A DNA stretch of 64,000 nucleotides from a bacterium (lineage in GTDB: Bacteria; UBA8248), in assembly GCA_965221165.1 (NCBI GenBank), contig CBDCRP010000003.1, positions 1,536,064-1,600,063 of the forward strand, written 5' to 3'. Every line of letters starts with the position of its first letter. Position 1 is the stretch's first letter. The notes under the pieces were generated by a model. That model was given only the letters and a program-made list of their open reading frames with translations, was not told the DNA's origin and made no database searches. A program made the position numbers and the translations under genes. This document shows, piece after piece, positions 54,609 to 62,426 of the stretch.

Positions 54609-55208
54609 TTGACCAACGCCGATTCGAAAGCGGGGCCGCTCCTTCGCGCCGCCCGCGAAGTTGACCTGCCCGCTATCCGGAAGATATACGCCCACCATTT
54701 GCTGCATGGGCCGGCCTCGTTCGAGGAGATCAAATCCGACTGATGAAGGAGGATTTGCCGACTGATGAAGGAGGGGCTGCAACTGAGGAAGGAGTGATGG
54801 GAGATTCGCCGCCGCTTCCGCGCCGTCAGAGCGAAAGAACTCCCCTATCTCGTGGCGGAGATCGAAGGCGCCGTCCGGGCCTACGCCTATGCGGCGCCCT
54901 ACCACCACCGGCCGGCATACCGCCACGCCGTCGAAAATTCGGTCTACGTCGACCGGAGCGCCGCGCGCCGGGGCCTCGGCGGCGCGCTCCTCGCCTCGCT
55001 AATCGATTCATGCGCCGAAAAGGGCTTGCGCCAGATGGTCGCGGTCATCGGCGACGGCGCGAATGCGGCCTCGATCAAGCTGCACGAGCGCGCCGGATTT
55101 CGATTCGTCGGCGCTCTTGAGTCCATCGGCTTCAAGCACGGCCAGTGGCTCGACTGCGTGATCATGCAGCGCGCCTTGAGCGAGGGCGGCGGTACGCCGC
55201 CTTCCTGA
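54609..55208 (+). pseudogene. Phosphinothricin-acetyltransferase-like GNAT interrupted by three in-frame TGA codons
   Basis: TTG 54609 begins ...LRAAREVDLPAIRKIYAHHLLHGPASFEEIKSD**...*WEIRRRFRAVRAKELPYLVAEIEGAVRAYAYAAPYHHRPAYRHAVENSVYV...AASIKLHERAGFRFVGALESIGFKHGQWLDCVIMQRAL. It is a single frame throughout. The stops are at 54741, 54744 and 54795. Confidence 0.7.
54736..54800 (+). repeat. Tandem ~22-nt repeat (two good units plus one degenerate) inside the PAT-like gene
   Basis: ccgacTGATGAAGGAGGatttg / ccgacTGATGAAGGAGGggctg / caacTGAGGAAGGAGTGATGG. Confidence 0.8.
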
Positions 55209-55333
55209 ATCGCGGGTCGCGGGGCATCAAGCGGCTACGATAAAGCCTGTCTCGCCACGCTGCCATACGGAGTGAAGCCTCTGCGCCTATGAGAGGGGGC
55301 GCTGAGAAAGCCGCCTCTTCATTCACATACGCA

Positions 55334-56362
55334 TCAACGGCGTCTTGCCCGAGCGATCATTTGCTTCACATGCTCGGTTGCTCCGACGTCAATGATTTCT
55401 ACTCGGGGATGCGCGTTTTTGTAGACCCTGAAAATTTCATCCGCGAAAGCCTGTCCGATTCTTCTGATCCCCTTGAAATCGAGGAGGACTTCCCTGAAGC
55501 CATCGAGGCGCATCAACAATCTCTTCGCCTGGGAGCGGGAAATAAGCTCTTCTCCTTCATACAATAGAAGCTGAAGAGGAACATGGGTCCTGGAAAAATC
55601 GAGGCCCTCCTCTCCGGCGGCGAATTTCTCGAAAATTTCCAGCGACGTTCTTCGGGTCTTTGATTTTATTTCCAACCTGATTATGGTTCCTTGAAGGCTC
55701 TCTCCCTCCGATGTTTCAATCAGCCAGTCATCTTCATCGTTTTCACGGATAAAACAAAGGGTTCCCGAGACGATGGAAAACTTGTCGAACATTCGCGAAG
55801 TATAAAATATGCCTTCTCCGGTATGCCTCTCCTCGTCCGTCGTGAGTTTCCCCTTCGATAGCTCCAAAAGAGCGTGGCGGGGATCATGCAAGCCGAACTC
55901 CGCCTGAATCTTCTTGAAAATTCCAACGCCTGCGTCTATCACGTCAATCATGATGTTCGTTGCGGTTCGAGACAGGTGAACCAGGACTTTCTCCGATTCT
56001 GAATGGTCAATCACATTGTTGAGCATTTCCGTAAAACCGTAATAACAAATGTCATAAATGTTTTCAGAAAGATCTTTCAGATGGGGCGCCGCATTTTCAC
56101 GCCAAACGCGGTCTTCCTCAATTTCATCGACCTTGAACCTCCAACTCTCATCAAGGATTTTTCGCAAAGAATACCTGCGCGCGCTCGTTGAACCGCTCGC
56201 TTCCAGAAAACCACCATCAACGAGCGATCTCAAGTGTTTGCTGACGGCGGATCTGGAAACCTGAAATTTCTCGAACGTAACCCTGGCAATGTCCTGTGGG
56301 TGCTCTTCGACACTGTCGAGGATATATTCTCTTATTTCCTTGGTTTGCCTAACTTTTAGCAT
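55334..56362 (-). CDS. wHTH + GHKL (HATPase_c) ATPase + STAS-like (DUF4325-type) C-terminal domain protein, in an AT-rich islet
   Basis: FQVSRSAVSKHLRSLVDGGFLEA is the wHTH. The N-box is EMLNNVIDHS, G1 is DAGVGI and G2 is GEGIF. The C-terminus is LLDFKGIRRIGQAFADEIFRVY. An alternative GTG start lies at 56401. Confidence 0.6.
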   Translation of the reverse strand: MLKVRQTKEIREYILDSVEEHPQDIARVTFEKFQVSRSAVSKHLRSLVDGGFLEASGSTSARRYSLRKILDESWRFKVDEIEEDRVWRENAAPHLKDLSENIYDICYYGFTEMLNNVIDHSESEKVLVHLSRTATNIMIDVIDAGVGIFKKIQAEFGLHDPRHALLELSKGKLTTDEERHTGEGIFYTSRMFDKFSIVSGTLCFIRENDEDDWLIETSEGESLQGTIIRLEIKSKTRRTSLEIFEKFAAGEEGLDFSRTHVPLQLLLYEGEELISRSQAKRLLMRLDGFREVLLDFKGIRRIGQAFADEIFRVYKNAHPRVEIIDVGATEHVKQMIARARRR

Positions 56363-56511
56363 GCATAACAACCTTTCTGCAACTTTTTTGCTATATTTCA
56401 CAACTTAACTTAGATAACTATATACTTTCTCCTTTCTATTTTACAACTTTTTCTTCATTTTTACAACTTTTTTGTTTGACAAAACCGGGACTACATACTA
56501 AGGGAGACTGA

Positions 56512-56580
56512 CAATTCACGTTCGAGTGGAGCGAAGACGACGACGCGGCTCTCCGCGTCGACCTGGAGGATTATCACTGA
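56512..56580 (+). pseudogene. higB: 3'-terminal remnant of a HigB-type (RelE/ParE superfamily) toxin gene
   Basis: QFTFEWSEDDDAALRVDLEDYH* matches the characteristic HigB C-terminus (...F.W..G.A..V.L.DYH). An in-frame TGA lies immediately upstream. Its stop overlaps the higA ATG. Confidence 0.55.
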
Positions 56581-56933
56581 TGAGCAAGAAAGAACTCCCC
56601 GCCGGCGTGCGCGGAATGCGGGCCTCCCACCCGGGTGAAGCCTGGAGCATCATACTCAAGGAGGGGCTCCGGCTGAGCGTCACCGAAACGGCAAAACGCA
56701 TGGGGGTCTCCCGGCAGCGGCTACACGCCGTCATCCGTGAGAAGGGCCCTGAGCGTGTCACGCCGAACCTGGCGCTTCGTTTCACCCGGCTGTGCGGCAA
56801 GGACGACGAGACGGCGGAGTTATGGCTGCGCATGCAAATGGCCTATGACCTGGAAGCGGCCAAGCGTGAACTCGCCGACACCCTGCCGAAAATCAAACCG
56901 GCGAGTCCGCCGAAAGACGCCGTCTCCGCCTGA
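56580..56933 (+). CDS. higA: HigA-family antitoxin (XRE HTH)
   Basis: HPGEAWSIILKEGLRLSVTETAKRMGVSRQRLHAVIREKGPERVTPNLALRFTRLCGKDDETAELWLRMQMAYDL. Confidence 0.75.
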   Translation: MSKKELPAGVRGMRASHPGEAWSIILKEGLRLSVTETAKRMGVSRQRLHAVIREKGPERVTPNLALRFTRLCGKDDETAELWLRMQMAYDLEAAKRELADTLPKIKPASPPKDAVSA

Positions 56934-56966
56934 AAAATCCAGGAGCGCACTCCGCGCTCTCCCCCC

Positions 56967-58589
56967 TCAATCGCCGAGAAGAGGCTTCGCGACCTCTCGC
57001 GCTTGGTCCAGGTTTTCGACGATTCGCTCCGGCGGCACCTCCCGCAGAACGTCGAGGGCATCCAGGGTCTCCGCGACATCGCCCGAAAGCCCTATCACGA
57101 TGGACTCGGTCTCCTCCTCGGTGGCGACGTCGATGAGTTGCTTGATGACCATGGCGGCGCTGTCGTCGATGTAGGTGGCGCCCGAGAAATCGAAGATGAC
57201 GACCTCGTGATCCTTGATGTCCAGGCTTATCGTCCGGACCAGTTTCTTGGACGACGCGACGGTGAAGCTGCCCCGGAGCGCCACCATGCCGACCCGCGCC
57301 GCAAACGGATCCGCCCCCTCGACTTCCTCCCCTTCGAAGAGGAACATCTGGTCCAGCAGCGGCACGGAGACCACGCTGTCGAGTTCCAGGTTTTCGAGCT
57401 GTCCCGCGTGGGCCAGACCCGCGACGATGAGGCCTATCGCCACGGCGCTTATCAAGTCGACGAACACCGTGAGGCACAGCGTCGTCAGCAGGACGAAAAG
57501 ATGTTCGCGCCGGATGCGGTGGAGGCGGGTGAGAAGACGCCAGTCGATAATGTCCCAGCCGACCTTTATCAAAACGCCCGCGAGAGCGGCGAGAGGAATC
57601 GACTCGACGTATGGCCCGAGACCCAGCAGGAGCGCCAGCAAGAGCAGCGCGAATATCGCGCCCGCCGCCCGGGTCCGCCCGCCGGAGCGTATGTTCGGCA
57701 CCGTGTACACCGGTGTCCCGGCGCCGGGCAGTCCGCCGATGAGGCCCGCCGCCGCGTTGCCCACGCCCTGGCCGATGAGTTCGCGATCCGGGTCGTGGCT
57801 CGTGCGGGTCATCGAGTCGGCCACGAGGCAGGTGAGCAAACTCACCACCGATCCGATGAGCGCGAGAATGAGCGCGGGCTCCACGGCGCGCGCCAGGAAA
57901 ACCGGCGAGGGCAGCCCGAGTTGCAGCCCCGGCAGGCCGGTCGGCACCTCCCCGATGACGGGCGCTTCGTTCAGCCACAAGACGCCGATGAGCGTGCCGG
58001 CGATCAGCCCTACGAGGGGAGTCGGCAGGATTTTCCGGAACCGGTGAGGCCAGAAGACCGCGACGCCGAGCGTGACGACGCCGACCCCTAAGGCGCTCGG
58101 GTTGACGTTGCCCAGCGTCTTCGGCAGCGCAAAAATCATGCCCACGGCGCCGCCGGGCACGGGCGCCGAACCGAAAAAGGGCAGGACCTGAATCGCCATC
58201 ACGAGGACGCCGATGCCGGACATGAAGCCCGAGACGACCATATATGGCGTGTAGGCCACGAAGCGGCCGAGCTTCAACACGCCCAGAAGCGCCTGGAAGA
58301 GTCCGCCGAGGACGACCACCGTCAGGGCTTCGGTGAGATTCTCCGCGTAGTTGGTGATGATGACCGCCATGACGATGGCCATCGGCGCGGTGGGGCCGGA
58401 AATCTGGGTCGCCGTGCCACCGAAGACGGCCGAGAAAAAGCCCACCGCTATCGCGCCGTACAGACCCGCCGCCGCGCCCATTCCAGACGCCACGCCGTAG
58501 GCCAGCGAGAGCGGCAAGGCCACCACCATGGCGGTGACGCCGCCGAAAACATCCCCGCGAAGCGTATTGAAATCGTATTTCAATTTCAC
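56967..58589 (-). CDS. SulP-family anion transporter with a C-terminal STAS domain
   Basis: LRGDVFGGVTAMVVALPLSLAYGVASG. It is multi-TM. The C-terminus has VVIFDFSGATYIDDSAAMVIKQL. Confidence 0.85.
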   Translation of the reverse strand: MKLKYDFNTLRGDVFGGVTAMVVALPLSLAYGVASGMGAAAGLYGAIAVGFFSAVFGGTATQISGPTAPMAIVMAVIITNYAENLTEALTVVVLGGLFQALLGVLKLGRFVAYTPYMVVSGFMSGIGVLVMAIQVLPFFGSAPVPGGAVGMIFALPKTLGNVNPSALGVGVVTLGVAVFWPHRFRKILPTPLVGLIAGTLIGVLWLNEAPVIGEVPTGLPGLQLGLPSPVFLARAVEPALILALIGSVVSLLTCLVADSMTRTSHDPDRELIGQGVGNAAAGLIGGLPGAGTPVYTVPNIRSGGRTRAAGAIFALLLLALLLGLGPYVESIPLAALAGVLIKVGWDIIDWRLLTRLHRIRREHLFVLLTTLCLTVFVDLISAVAIGLIVAGLAHAGQLENLELDSVVSVPLLDQMFLFEGEEVEGADPFAARVGMVALRGSFTVASSKKLVRTISLDIKDHEVVIFDFSGATYIDDSAAMVIKQLIDVATEEETESIVIGLSGDVAETLDALDVLREVPPERIVENLDQAREVAKPLLGD

Positions 58590-58858
58590 GCGACAATGCC
58601 CCTTCGCGCCCTCTTGCAGGCACTATCATGGTGAGCGCATGGTCGTTCACTCACACCATATCAAATCCCCGTACATCGCGCATGGGAGACGAAGGCGTCA
58701 CCATCGGGTCTCTTCCTCAAACGCTCCCGTTCAGCCGAAAGGGATTTTCCCTGCTTTTCAGCCCAACTCGCCTTCCCTTCCCCGAATTCGCCATTTGATG
58801 GTATGAATGGCGGCGGCTTCATTATCAAACTATTCTCCCACCCGGGAATTCGCATGGC

Positions 58859-60046
58859 ATGAACATCAACGCCAACATCCTCATCATCGCGTCGAGCCAT
58901 TCGGTGAACTCGGTCTACAACCGGATGCTGACGCCCATCCTCCCGCTCATCATGGCGGATTTCGGCCTGAACTACGCGCAGACGGGTCTCATCGCCTCCG
59001 TCTACGCCCTCTCGAGCAGCCTGTTTCAGTTGCCCATCTCCTTTCTGGGCGATTTCACGGGAAGAAAGCGCCTCATTCTGGGCCTCTCTCTCCTGTTCAA
59101 CGCCCTGCCCGCCTGGTTCTACGGCTATTCGACCACTTACGCGGCCCTGCTCACCTTCGTCTTCCTGAGCGGGCTGGGCTGTTCGGCCTATCACCCCGCC
59201 GCGGTCTCGATGATCGCCCGCGAAAGCCCCCGAAACCGCGGCCTCGCCATGGGGCTTTTCAAGGCGGGCGGTGATTTCGGCAGCATTCTGACTCCGGTGG
59301 CCATGGGCTGGCTCACGGTTCACCTCGCGAGTTGGCAGGCCGCATCACAGTATTTCGTGCTGCCGGGCGTCGCGTGCGCGCTCCTCATCTGGCTGAGATT
59401 CCAGGATACGCCCAGTGAGCGAACCTCGATGGCGAAAGAGGCGAAATCCACGTTCGGCGAGTTGTTCGGCGATAAGTTCATGATTCTCATGACCCTGCTT
59501 TCCTCCAGCCGGGTGATGGGCCTGCGCGGCATCATGACGTTCCTCCCCCTTCTGCTGGCCGAAGGACTGGGCCTCGGCACCATCGAGGTGGGCTGGGCGA
59601 TCACGGGCTATTTTCTGGTCGGCACGGTCTTCGCCGTCTTGTGGGGGAAATACACCGACGGGAAGAACGAGACGCGCATCATCCTCCTGATGATGGCGAC
59701 GAGCGCGCTCGCCCTCGCGTTTTTGTCACGCGCCGAATCGATGATTATCTCCCTGGGCCTGCTCGCGCTTCTGGGCGCGTGCCTCAATCCCTCCCAGAGC
59801 CTCATGCTCACCCTCACCACCGGCGTGGTTCGCGAGAAGAACCGCACGAGCGCCATCGGCCTCATGTATACCGCGAACGAGGCGGCCTCGGTCGCGTCGC
59901 CCTTCCTGGGGGGACTCATCGCCCAGGCGGTGGGCTTGAGGGAATCGTTTCTCTTCTACTCCCTGCTCTGCCTCATCGCCACGAGCATCGCCTGGCTCAT
60001 TCACATGGAGCAGAAAAGGCGCGCTCGGGCGAGCGCCGCCGCCTAG
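58859..60046 (+). CDS. MFS transporter
   Basis: 395 aa with about 12 hydrophobic segments and an MFS loop GDFTGRKRL. Confidence 0.8.
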   Translation: MNINANILIIASSHSVNSVYNRMLTPILPLIMADFGLNYAQTGLIASVYALSSSLFQLPISFLGDFTGRKRLILGLSLLFNALPAWFYGYSTTYAALLTFVFLSGLGCSAYHPAAVSMIARESPRNRGLAMGLFKAGGDFGSILTPVAMGWLTVHLASWQAASQYFVLPGVACALLIWLRFQDTPSERTSMAKEAKSTFGELFGDKFMILMTLLSSSRVMGLRGIMTFLPLLLAEGLGLGTIEVGWAITGYFLVGTVFAVLWGKYTDGKNETRIILLMMATSALALAFLSRAESMIISLGLLALLGACLNPSQSLMLTLTTGVVREKNRTSAIGLMYTANEAASVASPFLGGLIAQAVGLRESFLFYSLLCLIATSIAWLIHMEQKRRARASAAA

Positions 60047-60233
60047 GGTCTCTTGCGCGCGGACGCCGCCTTCACGGACAAGGGGAGTCGGTGCCGTTTT
60101 CCACCATCAAAGGGCTGGAATTATTTACATGATGGCGCTGTTTTTATAGACTGGGGGAAAATCAGCCGACCAGTTCAACCGGGCCGACAGGCCTGTGATA
60201 CGAAAACGAGCGGAAAAGGAGGAGTTCATCACG

Positions 60234-61142
60234 ATGAGCACGAAAAATGCACTCGATAGTCTGGAGGTAGTGCCGACGGGAGGCGCTTTGGGCGCGGAGA
60301 TCAGAGGGGTCGACCTGTCCCAACCCATGCCCGAGGAGGTGGCCGACGCCCTCAGGGACGCATGGACGGAGCATCTCGTTCTGCTTTTTCGGGATCAGGA
60401 GATGAGCGAGGAGCAGCACCTGGACGCCACGCGCATCTTCGGCGAGGCCGTGGCGCCCGCCGCCAAGGCCTTCTACGACAAGGCGGGAAAAGAACAGACC
60501 TGGGCGGCCAAGTATGCCGAAATCACCGTCGTCCACAATCTCGATGAAAACGGAAATCCCGTGCAGCAGAACGAAAGCCTCGGGAGCGGCGAGGTCGTCT
60601 GGCACAACGATAACTCCTACGCCGAAAAACCGCCTGCGGGCAGCATGCTCTACGGGCGGAGGCTGCCTCCATCGGGCGGGAACACGTGTTTCAGCAACCA
60701 GTACACGGCTTATGAGACCCTGCCCGAGGATGTGAAACGGAAAATCGAGGGCAAAACCGCCGTGCACGATGCGAGCAGAAACTCCGCGGGCACGCTGAGG
60801 CCGGGCGTCAAGCTGCCGACGAAGCCATCCGAGGTGCCGGGGCCGCATCATCCCCTCGTGTGCACGCACCCCGAATCGGGAAGACGCGCGCTCTATCTCG
60901 GCCGCAGGCGGGATTATCCCTCCCAGTACATCGACGACATGGAAGAGCAGGAGAGCGAGGCGCTTCTCGATTTCCTCTGGGAACACGCCTGTAGGGATGA
61001 ACTCGTCTGGGCGCACGTCTGGCGGCTCGGCGACGTGCTGTTGTGGGATAACCGCTGCACCATGCACTACCGCGAGCCCCATGCGGGCACGCATCCGCGC
61101 CTGATGCACCGCACCCAGATCCAGGGCGCGCAGCCAGTGTAG
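60234..61142 (+). CDS. TauD/TfdA-family Fe(II)/2-oxoglutarate dioxygenase
   Basis: LEVVPTGGALGAEIRGVDLSQP, VWHNDNSY (HxD) and WDNRCTMH. An alternative GTG start lies at 60195. Confidence 0.8.
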   Translation: MSTKNALDSLEVVPTGGALGAEIRGVDLSQPMPEEVADALRDAWTEHLVLLFRDQEMSEEQHLDATRIFGEAVAPAAKAFYDKAGKEQTWAAKYAEITVVHNLDENGNPVQQNESLGSGEVVWHNDNSYAEKPPAGSMLYGRRLPPSGGNTCFSNQYTAYETLPEDVKRKIEGKTAVHDASRNSAGTLRPGVKLPTKPSEVPGPHHPLVCTHPESGRRALYLGRRRDYPSQYIDDMEEQESEALLDFLWEHACRDELVWAHVWRLGDVLLWDNRCTMHYREPHAGTHPRLMHRTQIQGAQPV

Positions 61143-61211
61143 GTTTCGGGGCGGAACGCGGCGCAATTCAAACAGGCCTCAGGGTTTAAGTTAGGAAGAA
61201 GAGGAATACAG

Positions 61212-62075
61212 ATGCGTTTATCTATTAAACCGCTCGTAGCGGGACTTTCTTTTTGGCTCGCTCTGTGGATGAGTGCAATCCCATCGTTAGCAGCGGTATC
61301 TTGTACGAAGTGGAACACAAACACCTTCTTCAGAATTGCTGATAAGGAAGATGTTTCACGTTGCCTAAAGGGTGGGGCCAACGTAAACGCACGCGATAAA
61401 TACGGAAGAACACCTCTGCATCAGGCTGCACAACACAGTAAAACACCTGCAGTAATCATAGCTTTAATAAAGGCCGGAGCAAGGATCAATGTGCGAGATA
61501 CACGCGGACACACACCACTTCACCTTGCAGCGAGAGACACGGCGATTGTGATAATTATTAAAACCTTGCTGAAAGCAGGGGCTAACGTGAATGCAAGGGA
61601 TGAGGATGGATGGACGTCCTTACACAACGCGGCGCAAGGCCCTAGAGCCAATGCATTCGCTACAGCCCTAATCGATTCCGTAATCATTGGCTTAAAGGCC
61701 GAGACAGCGGCCATCAGAAAAGGCTACTCGGCCACAGCAGTCAAACGGGTGGGTAAATTAGCCGAGACAGCCTCTTTGAAAGCCGCCCGCAAGAGGATAT
61801 TTGAGGAGATAGACGGAGGCTCTCCGGCTGTCGTGACTGCTCTGTTGGATGCCGGAGCAAATCCCAATGCGCGCAATAAATACGGACGAACGCCTCTGCA
61901 CTGGGCGGCAGATTACAGCACTCCTGCGGTCGTAGCGGCGTTGTTGAAAGCGGGGGCCGATCCGGCGGCGAAAGACGAAAAAGGCAAAACGGCGTGGGAT
62001 TTAGCGAAAGAAAACCCCTCACTCAAAGGGACTGATGTTTACTGGCAGTTGAACGAAGCGCGGTTCGAGAAATAA
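61212..62075 (+). CDS. Exported ankyrin-repeat protein
   Basis: It has a signal-like N-terminus. The ANK units include GRTPLHQAAQHSKTPAVIIALIKAGARINVRD, GHTPLHLAA, GWTSLHNAA and GRTPLHWAADYSTPAVVAALLKAGADP. Confidence 0.8.
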   Translation: MRLSIKPLVAGLSFWLALWMSAIPSLAAVSCTKWNTNTFFRIADKEDVSRCLKGGANVNARDKYGRTPLHQAAQHSKTPAVIIALIKAGARINVRDTRGHTPLHLAARDTAIVIIIKTLLKAGANVNARDEDGWTSLHNAAQGPRANAFATALIDSVIIGLKAETAAIRKGYSATAVKRVGKLAETASLKAARKRIFEEIDGGSPAVVTALLDAGANPNARNKYGRTPLHWAADYSTPAVVAALLKAGADPAAKDEKGKTAWDLAKENPSLKGTDVYWQLNEARFEK

Positions 62076-62185
62076 GGACAGGTCGCGACCTGTCCCTACG
62101 AGGGCGAACACGCAGGTTCGCCCCTACCAAAACCCCGCCCTCGTGAATCAAAACGAAGCGTAGGGGCGGACCCGTGTGTCCGCCC
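62076..62185. repeat. Three REP-like palindromes (-,-,+)
   Basis: 62076-62099 ggacaggtcgcgacctgtccctac; 62102-62127 gggcgaacacgcaggttcgcccctac; 62160-62185 gtaggggcggacccgtgtgtccgccc. Confidence 0.85.
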
Positions 62186-62426
62186 GCTGCAGAGGTGGCG
62201 CATTCCCGTCATTCCTCCCCCATTTCCCGGCTATTCTCGCGAAAAATTTACACTTCGTCCCGATATGTGGAACGAATTGCCGCCATTCAGGCCTCGCTTC
62301 TCTTTTCAGCCTTCATCTGATTTGATAATCTGTCCGCACTTAACATAATGCGGATCGTTTGGAAGGCCGGAACCCGAACAGGGCGTTTCGGCATCTCCCG
62401 TATCCCCCTGGTTCGAGGAACACGTC

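Noticed and set aside
54741-54797. In-frame TGA codons of the PAT-like gene as selenocysteine codons, given selA/selB 6-10 kb away
   Set aside because: Two of the TGAs are adjacent. All three lie inside an inserted tandem repeat at a position where family members have no Cys. I see no SECIS-like hairpin immediately downstream. Other genes in the window use TGA as a normal stop.
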